From Desulfatiglandales bacterium (GTDB lineage Bacteria > Desulfobacterota > DSM-4660 > Desulfatiglandales > HGW-15), in assembly GCA_963667015.2 (NCBI GenBank), contig CAXXJJ010000004.1:1792001-1856000 (forward strand): a stretch of 64,000 nucleotides of DNA. The letters are read 5' to 3'. Below, in pieces: positions 31,530 to 42,402 of the stretch. Position 1 is the first letter of the stretch; every line of letters starts with the position of its first letter. The notes under the pieces were generated by a model that was given only the letters and a program-made list of their open reading frames with translations, ran no database searches and was not told the origin of the DNA. Made by a program: the position numbers and the translations under genes.

Positions 31530-33961
31530 AAATAGATAAAAGCCTGCTAAAAGAGATTGATAAGACCTCTTTAGATGAAAAACGCATTCGCTGGAGAGAA
31601 GCAGTAAAGAAGGCACCCTACAAAGTGCATGTTGACCGCCAGAAATATGCAACCGAATCATGGAAACAGACGGAAGGTGAGGACCTTGAGATCCGCAGGG
31701 CAAAACTGTTTGAGCACGTGGTAAAAAATATTGAAATCAGTATTCTGGATTTTGACTATATTGCAGGCCGCATGGGCCCAACGGTTATCGGCGCCTATAC
31801 TGCCATGGACATCTGCGGTGACTACCTTGAAGGTATCTGGGATGATGAAGGCAGTGTCCAGTTTTCCATGCACGACAAATCCTGCCTGACGCGGGATGAA
31901 CAGGAAGTCCTTCAGGATGCAGCCCGTGTCTTTGCCGGAAAGACCATTGTCGACATGGGTAACAGGGTGATGGAAGATGTACTCGGCAGCTGGCCTCAGG
32001 ACGCCCTTGAGGCCAGGCTGAAAGATCCTCAACTGAGTTCCGGCAATTTCGGCAACTCTACAAACACCATAGATTTTGAAAAGATCCTTAACAGGGGGCT
32101 AAAATACTTTATCGAAGAGGCACAGAGCCATATCGATGATTTTATAGCCAACCAGCAGCAGGGCCCTGACAGGATCTACTTCTGGAAGGCTGCCATCATT
32201 GTTGCACAGGCCTGCATTGATCTGTCAAACAGATATGCTTCCCTTGCACGGGAAATGGCAGAGACCGAACCGGATGCTAAGCGCAAAGCCGAACTGCTGG
32301 ATATCGCAGAAACCTGCGAACATGTTCCTGAAAACCCTGCCCGTAATTTTCGTGAAGCGCTTCAGGCCATGTCCATAACCGGCATCTGCAAGGGTATTGA
32401 GCATCCGATGCATAACTATCCCCAGTGGGGACGCGCTGATCTTTACCTTTACCCCTTTTTCATCAGGGATATTAAGAGTGGGGCTATTACCGTGGGTCAG
32501 GCAGCAAACCTGCTGGCTGAGCTGATAGGACGCTGGGGTACCCAGATGTATGTTGATACCGGCTATCACCGGGAAACCCACCAGATAACTTTTGCCATAA
32601 ACAGTATCAACCTGGGAGGTATCACGGTTGACGGAAAAGAAGGCTCCAATGAGCTGAGTTACCTTTTTCTCCATGCAGTTGGTCTTCTTAAGCAGTCCTC
32701 ACCAACCGTCATGATCCGCTGGAATCACTTTACCCCTGACTGGCTTATGAAGAAGGCCATCCAAACCAATATCATCTGCGGCGGAGGAATACCTCTGTTT
32801 GAAAACGAGGAAGGCATTATTGACCTGTATATAAAGGATGGAGTTCCCCTGAAAGAAGCACGCACCTGGATAGGTCGCGGGTGCGTATGGCCTGCACTTC
32901 CCCAGAGATCCGAGTACAAGAGCGGCGCCGCCGGGTTTAATAACGCTGCCATTTTCCACATGGTTCTGAACAACGGAGTTGCCATTACCAGCAAAAAGCT
33001 GGGGCTCGAAACCGGAGATCCAAGGAACTTCAAAACCTTTGAGGAGCTGTGGGATGCCTTTGCGGCACAGCACCGTTTTGTAATGCACAGGACCCTGTGG
33101 CTTGCAAACCTTGTCCGGGATATACAGGCAAAATATCTGAGACTTCCCTTTCTGTCCACTGTTTCCCTTCAATGCTGCATGGACGGAGGTTATGATACCA
33201 TGGTCCCGACCCCTGTATCCGAGTTTGGCATTACTGACAGGGCTGTCATTGACACGGCTGATTCTCTGATTGCCATAAAAAAGCTGGTCTTTGATGATAA
33301 AAAGCTGACCATGGCAGAACTGCTTGATGCCCTGGAGAACAATTTTGAGGGAGAAAGAGGCGCCGAGATACAGAAAATGTGCCTGGAAGCTCCCAAATTC
33401 GGGAATGATATCGACGAGATCGATGAGCTGGCCAGAAGAGTCAGCATATTGTCCACCGATTCGGTTACCAGCTGGGACAACTCTCCCTATCCACATTTCA
33501 TATCTCTCAGGGAAGGCCTCTCCTGGCATTATTTTGCCGGTCTTGGAGTGGGGGCACTTCCCAGCGGCAGAAAGGCCCTGGAACCCCTGAATGACGGTTC
33601 CGCCTCTCCCATGCGCGGAATGGACAAAAAGGGACCTACAGCAGTGCTTCGCTCCGTTATAAAGGCCAACTTCGGTGATCATTCCTATGTCCAGGCATTG
33701 AACCAGAAGTTTCCCAGAAGCATGGTTAAAACAGAGGACAGTATTGATAAAATGGTGGCTTACACCAACGCCTTCCTGGGTGCAGGCGGTACTCATATAC
33801 AGTATAATCTGGTTGATACCGTGGAAATGAAAGAAGCCCAGGTAAAACCTGATGAACACAGGGACCTGATAGTCCGTGTCGGCGGATTCAGTGCCTATTT
33901 TGTACAGCTCAGCAGGCAGATTCAGGATGATGTCATTCTCAGGAGTGAGCATAATCTTTAA
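31514..33961 (+). CDS. Glycyl radical enzyme (PFL-like family), uncharacterised class
   Basis: C-terminal LIVRVGGFSAYF glycyl loop, Cys loop WIGRGCVWP, PKFGND and HIQYN. Confidence 0.95.
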   Translation: MEPSVKIDKSLLKEIDKTSLDEKRIRWREAVKKAPYKVHVDRQKYATESWKQTEGEDLEIRRAKLFEHVVKNIEISILDFDYIAGRMGPTVIGAYTAMDICGDYLEGIWDDEGSVQFSMHDKSCLTRDEQEVLQDAARVFAGKTIVDMGNRVMEDVLGSWPQDALEARLKDPQLSSGNFGNSTNTIDFEKILNRGLKYFIEEAQSHIDDFIANQQQGPDRIYFWKAAIIVAQACIDLSNRYASLAREMAETEPDAKRKAELLDIAETCEHVPENPARNFREALQAMSITGICKGIEHPMHNYPQWGRADLYLYPFFIRDIKSGAITVGQAANLLAELIGRWGTQMYVDTGYHRETHQITFAINSINLGGITVDGKEGSNELSYLFLHAVGLLKQSSPTVMIRWNHFTPDWLMKKAIQTNIICGGGIPLFENEEGIIDLYIKDGVPLKEARTWIGRGCVWPALPQRSEYKSGAAGFNNAAIFHMVLNNGVAITSKKLGLETGDPRNFKTFEELWDAFAAQHRFVMHRTLWLANLVRDIQAKYLRLPFLSTVSLQCCMDGGYDTMVPTPVSEFGITDRAVIDTADSLIAIKKLVFDDKKLTMAELLDALENNFEGERGAEIQKMCLEAPKFGNDIDEIDELARRVSILSTDSVTSWDNSPYPHFISLREGLSWHYFAGLGVGALPSGRKALEPLNDGSASPMRGMDKKGPTAVLRSVIKANFGDHSYVQALNQKFPRSMVKTEDSIDKMVAYTNAFLGAGGTHIQYNLVDTVEMKEAQVKPDEHRDLIVRVGGFSAYFVQLSRQIQDDVILRSEHNL

Positions 33962-34025
33962 CCGCCCCATGAATCACTTCAGATGACGGGGGCTGTTCCA
34001 TCATAATAAGAGAAAGGATAACTCA

Positions 34026-34991
34026 ATGAAAAGTATAGTGATCTACCATTCATGGACGGGAAACACCAAGCAAATCGCCGAAGCAATACATTCAGGCATC
34101 AAAGAGATATTTAATGAATGCGAAATTGCTTCTCTGAAGGAAGTGGATGTCGAGAAACTCACAGACTATGATTTGATAGGTCTGGGTTCCTTTGTGCAGA
34201 CTTTTCAGGAACCGATGGCTGTAACGGAATTCATGAAAGCAATGCCTGATTTGAATGGGAAATATGGTTTTACCTTCTGCACACATGGTACACTTGCCGG
34301 CAGGTACATTGACAGGGCAGTAACAGGATTAAGAGAAAAGGGCCTGACAGTTACAGGCTGGAATGACTGGTATGGCGGTGGTTTTATACCGCTGATGCCT
34401 AAACCATATTACACTGACGGCCACCCCGATGAAGTCGACCTGAAAGAAGCAGTGGAATTCGGAAGGGAAATCGCAGAGCGCACTCGGAAAATAGCCAATG
34501 GTGAGGGTCAGCTTATACCCGAGTTACCGGACAGTGAAGAATATAATAAGCTTTACGGTGCACCCATGGAGCTTGGTGGTGGAGAAGAAATGGCAGATAT
34601 GGTGAAATTAAAACCCGTATATAATCCTGATAAATGCCTCTATCCCAAATGCACCAAATGCATGGATAACTGTCCTACTAAAAGCATTGACCTTTCAAAA
34701 TCGCCTCCAGTTAACTATGAAACCTGTGGTCCATGCCTTGTGTGGTTCTGCGAACAGCTGTGTCCAAGCGGGGCTATGGAGGTAAACTGGGGTATTGCAG
34801 ATAAAATCATGGAGACAATGACATCAATCTTTGAAAAGCTTGCCGAACCAATGGAAGAATACGGTGATCTTCGTGGCTTCAGAAACCTGTTAACAGAGAA
34901 GGAGGGCTCCGGCACACCTTTATATAAGAAAAAGAATCGTCCAAAACTCATTATTCGGGATGGAGTAATAAGAGAAAATAATAAAAATTAA
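34026..34991 (+). CDS. Flavodoxin-ferredoxin fusion (EFR1-like)
   Basis: YHS.TGNT..IA flavodoxin motif, GHPD..DL..A, and C-terminal C...C..C...CP / C..C....C...CP. Confidence 0.85.
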   Translation: MKSIVIYHSWTGNTKQIAEAIHSGIKEIFNECEIASLKEVDVEKLTDYDLIGLGSFVQTFQEPMAVTEFMKAMPDLNGKYGFTFCTHGTLAGRYIDRAVTGLREKGLTVTGWNDWYGGGFIPLMPKPYYTDGHPDEVDLKEAVEFGREIAERTRKIANGEGQLIPELPDSEEYNKLYGAPMELGGGEEMADMVKLKPVYNPDKCLYPKCTKCMDNCPTKSIDLSKSPPVNYETCGPCLVWFCEQLCPSGAMEVNWGIADKIMETMTSIFEKLAEPMEEYGDLRGFRNLLTEKEGSGTPLYKKKNRPKLIIRDGVIRENNKN

Positions 34992-35051
34992 CAGTCATCA
35001 GGTGCCTGTAATATATTCTAAAATAGATAATCTCAAAGGGAGGTTGCCGAT

Positions 35052-36983
35052 ATGACCAACTGGCACGATTTTGTTGATAAAGAAGGTACAACACCGTCCT
35101 GGCCTTACCCTGTGGACTATGACAAAGAAAACGAAATAGAGACTGACGTCCTTATAATCGGCGGCGGGATAGCCGGATGCTGGGCAGCAATAAGCGCCGC
35201 CAGAAAGGGAGTCAGGGTGGCACTGGTGGAAAAGGGAGACACGGTAAGAAGCGGGGCCGGTGGACCAGGATGTGACCACTGGGGTCAGTGCCCTGCCAAT
35301 CCCCACTCCAAAGTCGACCCGGATGAATGGGCTAAGATAATAGCGGAACACCCGGGGACAATGGCAGAGATACCAAAGGAAATGCCTGAAATCTCCTATG
35401 GAAACGGTATCGCAAGCCAGATCCAGTGCCGGGAGAGTTATGATACTCTTCTTGAAATGGAGCAGATGGGAGGTCAGATCAGGGATATTAATGATGAATA
35501 CATAGGCGCGGAAGGCAGGTATGACGATACTAAATTCATGATTTCTCCCCGTACCAGCCCCGATCATGCCAATGAGATTGTTATACGTATCTGGGGAACA
35601 ACCTTCAAACCGGCCTTAAAAAAGGAGTGCGAGCGGCTTGGGGTAAAGATCTTTGACCGGGTCATGGTTACCAGCCTGTTGACAGAAGACGGCCAGCAGG
35701 GAGCCAGGGTTGTAGGCGCCACCGGCTTTAACAACAGAACCGGTGAATTCATGATTTTTAAATCAAAGGCATCTGTACTTGCCGCGGCCGGTGACTTTTA
35801 CATGTGGATGCTCAACACCGAGCATGCCGGGTGCAGGCAGTTCCGATCCCGCAATGCAACCGGTGACGGCCTGGCCATGGCCTGGAATGCAGGCGCAGAG
35901 CTTGTTTTGATGGAAAAAACCGTACCTCTCATGCTGGGTTCGGGTTACAAGCATAACTGGTATGGCGGTGCAGGAGACGCCAGCTATGAAAACCTTCAGC
36001 TCGTGGATGCAAACGGCAAGAAGCTACCCTGGCCCACCCAGGGATGGTCCGACGGGGGAGCAATGTTTCCTAAACCTGATGTTCTGGCCTCCATACGAAA
36101 GGGTATTTTTAATGGCGAATGGGCACTGCCCTTTTACGGAGATTTTCCCGGCATGCCTGATATCGAACGGCGTGCCACCTGGGATCTCATGCTCGGACAG
36201 GAATCAACCACAAAAGTAATTACCAGCGCCTATGAAAGGGCCGGATTTGATCCGTCCAGACATCTTCTGCAGAACTATGCCTTTATCGAGGGAGAAAATC
36301 ACTCCCAGTGGCGGACTGCAAGGGGAGGAGGCCCTGTGGTTGACTGGGACCTTAAAACAACCCTGGATGGACTGTATGCCGCGGGGGAGCAGCTTTTTTC
36401 CTTTGGTGATCACAGCTTTGCAGCCACCACCGGCAGGTATGCCGGTCGCAAAGCCGCAGACTATGCTGCACAGGCAGGTGAATCCAAAATATGCAGGGAG
36501 CAGGTAGACATGGAAAAAGAGCGCGTCTATGCCCCTGTAAAACGCACCAGCGGCATTGAATGGAAGGAGTTAAACGCAGGGATCGCAAGGACAATGCAGT
36601 ATTTCTGCAGTGAATACAAGACCGAGCTGCTTTTTAATATGGGGCTCGAAACCCTTAAGGAGATAGAGGAGGTATTTGTACCCACTCTTTATGCACATGA
36701 TCCCCACAAACTGATGCGAAGTATCGAAGATCTGAGTATGCTGGCCCATGCACAGATGGTGCTGCATGCCTCACTGGCCCGAAAAGCAAGCAGCAGGCTT
36801 CTTAATTTTTTCAGGATCGATTACCCGGAGATTGACCCGCCGGAATGGTCAAAATTTGTAACCATAAAACAGGAGAACGGAGAGGTAAAATCAGGCGAAC
36901 TCCCCTTAAGGTACTGGGGTGACATGAAGTCCGGTTATGAGGCCCGCAACAGGGATTACAGCGGAGTTTATGGATCAAAATAA
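35052..36983 (+). CDS. FAD flavoprotein, SDH/FRD/APS-reductase alpha (AprA)-like
   Basis: DVLIIGGGIAG, RSGA, TGDG.AMA..AG, GLYAAGE, ARK.S and RIDYPE. Confidence 0.85.
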   Translation: MTNWHDFVDKEGTTPSWPYPVDYDKENEIETDVLIIGGGIAGCWAAISAARKGVRVALVEKGDTVRSGAGGPGCDHWGQCPANPHSKVDPDEWAKIIAEHPGTMAEIPKEMPEISYGNGIASQIQCRESYDTLLEMEQMGGQIRDINDEYIGAEGRYDDTKFMISPRTSPDHANEIVIRIWGTTFKPALKKECERLGVKIFDRVMVTSLLTEDGQQGARVVGATGFNNRTGEFMIFKSKASVLAAAGDFYMWMLNTEHAGCRQFRSRNATGDGLAMAWNAGAELVLMEKTVPLMLGSGYKHNWYGGAGDASYENLQLVDANGKKLPWPTQGWSDGGAMFPKPDVLASIRKGIFNGEWALPFYGDFPGMPDIERRATWDLMLGQESTTKVITSAYERAGFDPSRHLLQNYAFIEGENHSQWRTARGGGPVVDWDLKTTLDGLYAAGEQLFSFGDHSFAATTGRYAGRKAADYAAQAGESKICREQVDMEKERVYAPVKRTSGIEWKELNAGIARTMQYFCSEYKTELLFNMGLETLKEIEEVFVPTLYAHDPHKLMRSIEDLSMLAHAQMVLHASLARKASSRLLNFFRIDYPEIDPPEWSKFVTIKQENGEVKSGELPLRYWGDMKSGYEARNRDYSGVYGSK

Positions 36984-36993
36984 GGAGATTATA

Positions 36994-37305
36994 ATGACAC
37001 AGAAAAAACTAAACGCCTTGCCCAATATTACCACTCCCAACAGGCAGGCTGTATTCAATCCTGATATATGTATCGGCTGCAATAAATGCGTCCAGGTCTG
37101 CCAGGTGGATGTATATATACCAAACCCTGAGAAAGGCAAGCCGCCAATCATCCTTCATCCTGACGAATGCTGGTACTGCGGATGCTGCGTCATCGACTGC
37201 CCCTGCCCCGGAGCCATCAATTTCAACTGGCCGCTGCAGCAGAGGGGTTCATGGAAAGACAAGGTTACAGGCAAGGTACACAGGGATAATGTTGTTTTTC
37301 CATAG
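36994..37305 (+). CDS. 2x[4Fe-4S] ferredoxin, AprB-like
   Basis: CIGCNKCVQVC and PDECWYCGCCVIDCP. Start at ATG 36994 after AAGGAG. Confidence 0.9.
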   Translation: MTQKKLNALPNITTPNRQAVFNPDICIGCNKCVQVCQVDVYIPNPEKGKPPIILHPDECWYCGCCVIDCPCPGAINFNWPLQQRGSWKDKVTGKVHRDNVVFP

Positions 37306-37333
37306 AATACTTTACTAATCAGGAGTGCCGAAG

Positions 37334-38386
37334 ATGAAAAATAAAAAGATAAACATCGTACCAAAGCTGGTGATACTGATTACTCTTATCCTGCCGGTCT
37401 GCGGAAGCAACGCTTTTGCTGGTGACCTTCAGAACTCCGAGGATCTGAAAATTATTAAAGGACCGCAAAATGCGGAGGATATTCTGCCCCTTGGTGATAC
37501 AGGATGGCTGGTTACATCCGGTATGAACGGCCAGACTTCAGGATCGAATATCAGCGGCCATCTTTATCTTATCAATGGCAGAGAAAAGACATTTGAGGAG
37601 TTATTTCCCGGGAAAAATCCGATTTTTGATCACGATAAAAAGATGTTCGGCGAGTGTCCGAGGCCAATAAATCCTGATAATTTTTCATCCCATGGCTTGG
37701 CCCTTAAAAAACTGTCTCCGGGTCAATACCGGTTGTATATGACCAGCCACGGAGAGAGGGAGGCAATAGAGGTATTCAATATAGATACTAAAAGCGCCAA
37801 ACCCGCAGTAAGCTGGACGGGCTGTGTACCCCTGTCCGAAGATATCATGGCAAACAGTGTAGCGATTCTTTCGGATGGAGGATTTGTGACAACAAAATTT
37901 CACGATCCGACAATACCTAATTCCATGATGGGAATCATGCAGGGAAAACATACCGGCGGTGTTCATGAATGGCATCCGGGAGAAAAGGTTAAGGCCATAC
38001 CGGGGACAGAGCTTTCAGGTGCAAATGGTATAGCAGTATCTCCTGATGATAAATATGTTTATGTGGCGGCATTCGGATCACGGGAGATAGTCCGGTTTGA
38101 CCGCACAAAAAGCCCTGTAAAATTGAAAAAAGTCAAAATCGATATAATGCCTGATAACATCCATTGGGGTAATGACGGCCTGCTTTATACTGCCGGTAAC
38201 AACAGTGCCCGCGGAACCGGATGGTCCGTATTCAGCATACATCCTGAAACACTGGAAACAAAAAGAGTAACAGGTGTAGGCCAGACGGCAGCCATGCAGA
38301 ATGCCAGTTCTGCCGTTCCGGTTGATGATGAAATATGGGTAGGTACTTTTTCGGGTGACAGGATTGGCTACTTACCAGGGCGTTAA
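37334..38386 (+). CDS. SMP-30/paraoxonase-like six-bladed beta-propeller hydrolase, exported
   Basis: Signal peptide, N.ED, HGL, ANGIA.SPD and PDNI motifs. Confidence 0.8.
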   Translation: MKNKKINIVPKLVILITLILPVCGSNAFAGDLQNSEDLKIIKGPQNAEDILPLGDTGWLVTSGMNGQTSGSNISGHLYLINGREKTFEELFPGKNPIFDHDKKMFGECPRPINPDNFSSHGLALKKLSPGQYRLYMTSHGEREAIEVFNIDTKSAKPAVSWTGCVPLSEDIMANSVAILSDGGFVTTKFHDPTIPNSMMGIMQGKHTGGVHEWHPGEKVKAIPGTELSGANGIAVSPDDKYVYVAAFGSREIVRFDRTKSPVKLKKVKIDIMPDNIHWGNDGLLYTAGNNSARGTGWSVFSIHPETLETKRVTGVGQTAAMQNASSAVPVDDEIWVGTFSGDRIGYLPGR

Positions 38387-38526
38387 AGGTGAATTGTTTT
38401 ATAAATTATCCGGTTTTGACTTTTAACAAATATATCATGTTTCTGCCGGGACTGCCCCCTTTAACATTATGAGGAATGGATCTAATAGGGTGATATAAAT
38501 TTAACGTTTATTTTAAAGGAGATTGT

Positions 38527-40566
38527 ATGATGAAGAAAACCATATTTAACATCATTTTATTAATGTTCCTTTTATCATTTTCGTTATTATCTTTTTGCAT
38601 GACATTATCCCCTGTTGAAAGATCCATGGATCGAAAATTAGCAGTCTACTCAGTAAGATTTGTTGTTGAACCTTCAACACTGATCTGCCTGGGTTTTGAG
38701 TGGTATATAGAAGGTGATGAAAATCATAATGCCACTGTTGAAGTCAATTACCGGAAAAAAGGAGAGAAATCCTGGAAAAATGCGCTGCCCTTGCTGCGTG
38801 TCCAGAACGAGGAATGTATCAACAGTTTTTTTGGAAACACTATCGATTATATAACGCCCAATTTGTTTGCCGGCAGCATAATGGACCTTAAACCCGATAC
38901 AGCATATGAATGCAGATTTGTTATGTCTGATCCTGACGGGGTTCATGGGGAGGTAGAAAAAACGGTCACCGTACGAACTCGCCCCGAACCTAAACCTTCG
39001 AGCGGCGGAAAAGTCTATCATGTATACCCTTATACCTATAAGGGGCCTAAAGAAGAACCCCATTTTGATAACCTTATGGGGGCCTATTATTTAGGTTACG
39101 GCTGCACTGCCGACTGGTGGAATCTTCATCCGCCCCGCGTGCAACCCGGTGATACTATCTTGGTACACGCCGGTCTCTATAAAGCAAACTGGACTGTCTA
39201 TGGTGCTACTTATTTTAAAGAGGGGCAAGGAACGAAATTTTCAGGAACCTATTTTTTAACTCAGAGCGGGACTCCCGATAAACCCATTATTATAAAAAAC
39301 GCAGGGGATGGAGAGGTTATCTTCGATGGTAATGGTAACTTTAACCTTTTCAATGTCATGGCTGCCAATTATAATTATTTTGAAGGATTAACCATCCGAA
39401 ATACGGATGTAGGATTTTGGGCTGGCCAGAAAAGAATTACCGGTTCCAGTGGACTGACAGTTAAAAACTGTCGGTTTGAAAATATAGATAAAGGAATTCA
39501 CACTGAATGGTCAGGCTCGAAGAATTTCTATATTGCGGATAATGTCTTTATCGGTCGGCATGATCCCAATGGAGTTCATGGCTGGTTAAAACCCCCTCGT
39601 AAATCATCCTATCCATTTGAAAGATGTTTGTCTGAGTATGCCGTCAAGGTTGCAGGAGCCGGACATGTTATCTGTCATAACTACGTGTCTAATTTCCACA
39701 ATGGTATATGCCATGCCACATATGGCGTGCCGGAAGGATATCCGGCTTATGGCCATCCGGATGTTTATCCGGTGGAAGAAGTGTTAAAACAGGATAGAAT
39801 GTTCGTTTCCATTGACATCTATAATAATATAATTAGAAATGTTCATGACAATGCTATTGAAGCGGACGGCATAATGTATAACGGCAGGATTTTACGTAAC
39901 ATTTGTATCGATGGAGCGTCATCTGCCCTGAGTTCACAGACCCTTTACGGGGGTCCGGCTTATTTTATACGCAATATTATCTATCATAGCAGCTCATCCG
40001 GCTTTATCAAACATCAATCAAATCCATCGGGTTCTCATTATTATCATAACACCTCTATTTCAAAGGTTAGGGCTGATCTGGGTTCAAACTACCATTTCCG
40101 GAACAACCTGATTTTGGACTGGCTGCCGGAAGAACCGATTTTTTCAGTCGATACATTCACAAATTATACATCTTCCGATTATAATGGTTTTTGTCCCAAC
40201 CCGAGAGCACCCTATTCATATGCATGGAACTCACCATCATTTGAAATAATGAAAGACTATGATAATCCACAAAAGAACCGCAAATTTACCGATCTGACTC
40301 AATTTCAAAAGGCTACAAAGCAGGATACACATAGTATGTTGATCGATTTTAGTATTTTTCAAAATGTAAAAGCCCCGGACTATAAATCTCCAACTCAAGT
40401 ATATTATGAGGTAAAGCCTTCAGATTTTCAGCTTGTTGAAGGGGCATCTGCAATTGATGCGGGATGTGTTATTCCAAATGTAAATGATAATTTTACCGGT
40501 AAAGCCCCGGATTTGGGTGCACTGGAAGCCGGTATGCCCATGCCAATATACGGACCGCGAAAATAA
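38527..40566 (+). CDS. Exported right-handed beta-helix protein with an N-terminal Fn3-like domain
   Basis: Signal peptide, L.PDT.YE, PGDTILVHAG.Y, repeated IxNN rungs, and AIDAG...APDLGALE. Confidence 0.8.
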   Translation: MMKKTIFNIILLMFLLSFSLLSFCMTLSPVERSMDRKLAVYSVRFVVEPSTLICLGFEWYIEGDENHNATVEVNYRKKGEKSWKNALPLLRVQNEECINSFFGNTIDYITPNLFAGSIMDLKPDTAYECRFVMSDPDGVHGEVEKTVTVRTRPEPKPSSGGKVYHVYPYTYKGPKEEPHFDNLMGAYYLGYGCTADWWNLHPPRVQPGDTILVHAGLYKANWTVYGATYFKEGQGTKFSGTYFLTQSGTPDKPIIIKNAGDGEVIFDGNGNFNLFNVMAANYNYFEGLTIRNTDVGFWAGQKRITGSSGLTVKNCRFENIDKGIHTEWSGSKNFYIADNVFIGRHDPNGVHGWLKPPRKSSYPFERCLSEYAVKVAGAGHVICHNYVSNFHNGICHATYGVPEGYPAYGHPDVYPVEEVLKQDRMFVSIDIYNNIIRNVHDNAIEADGIMYNGRILRNICIDGASSALSSQTLYGGPAYFIRNIIYHSSSSGFIKHQSNPSGSHYYHNTSISKVRADLGSNYHFRNNLILDWLPEEPIFSVDTFTNYTSSDYNGFCPNPRAPYSYAWNSPSFEIMKDYDNPQKNRKFTDLTQFQKATKQDTHSMLIDFSIFQNVKAPDYKSPTQVYYEVKPSDFQLVEGASAIDAGCVIPNVNDNFTGKAPDLGALEAGMPMPIYGPRK

Positions 40567-40596
40567 TAGTAATATATTTAAAAAGGAGGGTTTTAA

Positions 40597-41511
40597 ATGA
40601 AACACAAGTACGGAACAGGTAACAAGATAATCTTATCGGTATTGTGCCTTGCAATCAGTCTTTTTCTGGCACAGTTTTCACTGGCGCAGGATAGTGCTCC
40701 GAAACCAAAGCCCAAAATGGGTTTCAGTTTTCAGATGGATCCAAGAGCAAAGGAAATGTCCTATCACTTTAAAGAGGCGGGTAAAGACCTCAAATACGGA
40801 CTATTTGTATCATCCAAGGTGGAAAAAAATAAGAAAGCACCTCTTATTGTTACCCTGCATGGTCTGGGGGCTGGTTTTCAGATCATGCTTTCAAAACAGG
40901 CTGTAGATCTTGCTGAAAAAGGAGGGTACATCCTCGTGGCACCAATGGGCTATAATGAACGCGGGTGGTATGGTATGCCATTTGGCATTCCCGCCGGCAA
41001 AACTCCTCCAAAAAAGGCGCCCGCTGGTAACAATACGTCCCCAAAACCAAAACCAAAGAGCTCCATGTTTAACAATCCCGATGATCCGCCGAACCTGCAT
41101 GAATTGAGCGAAAAAGATGTAATGAACGTACTGGATATCGTGCGCAAAGAGTATAACGTGGATGAGAACAGAATATACCTGATGGGGCATTCCATGGGCG
41201 GAGCCGGAACGCTATATCTTGGAACCAAGTACCCGTCAATATGGGCTGCTATAGCTCCTGTCGCACCGGCCGCTTTCGGCATAGAGCCCGAAAGCCTGGA
41301 GAAAATCAAAAACATGCCTGTGTTATTTGTTCATGGCGGCGCCGATGAGGTGGTCCCTGTTGATATTTCCCGCCGCTGGGCTCAAAAGGCGAAAGAACTG
41401 GGTATGACCTATGAATTCAACGAGATGGAAGGTCTGGGTCATGGCCCCATAATCATGGCCTCTCTTCCGAGTGCCTATGAGTTTTTCAGTAAACACTCAA
41501 AATCTAAATAG
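40597..41511 (+). CDS. Exported alpha/beta hydrolase (esterase/peptidase-like)
   Basis: PLIV.LHG.G, D.NRIYL.GHSMGG, HG..D.VV and GH. Confidence 0.85.
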   Translation: MKHKYGTGNKIILSVLCLAISLFLAQFSLAQDSAPKPKPKMGFSFQMDPRAKEMSYHFKEAGKDLKYGLFVSSKVEKNKKAPLIVTLHGLGAGFQIMLSKQAVDLAEKGGYILVAPMGYNERGWYGMPFGIPAGKTPPKKAPAGNNTSPKPKPKSSMFNNPDDPPNLHELSEKDVMNVLDIVRKEYNVDENRIYLMGHSMGGAGTLYLGTKYPSIWAAIAPVAPAAFGIEPESLEKIKNMPVLFVHGGADEVVPVDISRRWAQKAKELGMTYEFNEMEGLGHGPIIMASLPSAYEFFSKHSKSK

Positions 41512-41555
41512 AGACTTCACTCCAGCGCTCATAAGCCTGGTAAAGAGGAAAAATA

Positions 41556-42347
41556 ATGATGCACACAGAAAACTTCTTTAAGGGATTAGATAATTATAAA
41601 ATCTATTACCAAAAATGGTCACCTGAAGGGAAGCCGAAAGCAGTTTTATTAATAGCCCATGGCTATGCCGAACACAGCGGACGATACATGAATGTGGTAA
41701 ACCACTTCATACCGATAGGGTATCAGATTTATGCCCTGGATCATCGTGGTCATGGTAAATCAGACGGTAAGCTAGATGAGATCAGTGATTATTCAATATT
41801 TGTTGCTGATCTCAGGAAATTATATAATATCATCCGCGAGGAATATCCTGATGAGAAAATTTTCCTTATAGGTCACAGCATGGGGTCACTCATCAGCCTT
41901 TTATACGTACTTGAATACCAGCGGGAACTGGCGGGTCTGGCGATCTCCGGCGGAGGCCTTCCAAAACCGGATGAGCCGCCATTACCCAGGAGACCGGCAG
42001 ATCAACCTTTGGATTCTTCATTTCTTAGTCGTGATCCGGAAGTCATTAAGGCCTATGAAGACGATCCATTGGTTTATCGCGGTCCCATACCACAAGCAAT
42101 TGAATCCGGAATGCACAAAGGACTGAAATGGCTCGCCATGGAAGTAAGTAAAATTTATCAGCCCATTATCATAATGGCCGGCGATGGCTGTACAGATGGA
42201 GCCAGAAGTGAGAACCTTTATGACAGCATTGGTTCAAACGACAGGACGCTCAAACGCTATCCGGATCTGATGCACGAGATATTCAATGAACCGGAACACC
42301 CGATGGTAATGGCTGATCTGGAATTATGGTTTGAAGCACACATGTAA
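41556..42347 (+). CDS. Lysophospholipase/monoacylglycerol lipase-like alpha/beta hydrolase
   Basis: HGYAEHSGRY, DHRGHG.S, GHSMG and HEIFNEP. Confidence 0.9.
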   Translation: MMHTENFFKGLDNYKIYYQKWSPEGKPKAVLLIAHGYAEHSGRYMNVVNHFIPIGYQIYALDHRGHGKSDGKLDEISDYSIFVADLRKLYNIIREEYPDEKIFLIGHSMGSLISLLYVLEYQRELAGLAISGGGLPKPDEPPLPRRPADQPLDSSFLSRDPEVIKAYEDDPLVYRGPIPQAIESGMHKGLKWLAMEVSKIYQPIIIMAGDGCTDGARSENLYDSIGSNDRTLKRYPDLMHEIFNEPEHPMVMADLELWFEAHM

Positions 42348-42402
42348 TACGGTAATAAGTTTAGGATAAAACCAATTAACCTGTTTGAATAAGGAGTAGC
42401 CT

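Noticed and set aside
32699..33970. 423-aa antisense ORF
   Set aside because: It lies opposite the well-supported GRE gene and has no motifs, so it is a shadow ORF.
35052..37305. Calling the pair aprA/aprB
   Set aside because: Gene order and context differ from dissimilatory aprBA and there are two divergent copies, so the symbols were withheld.
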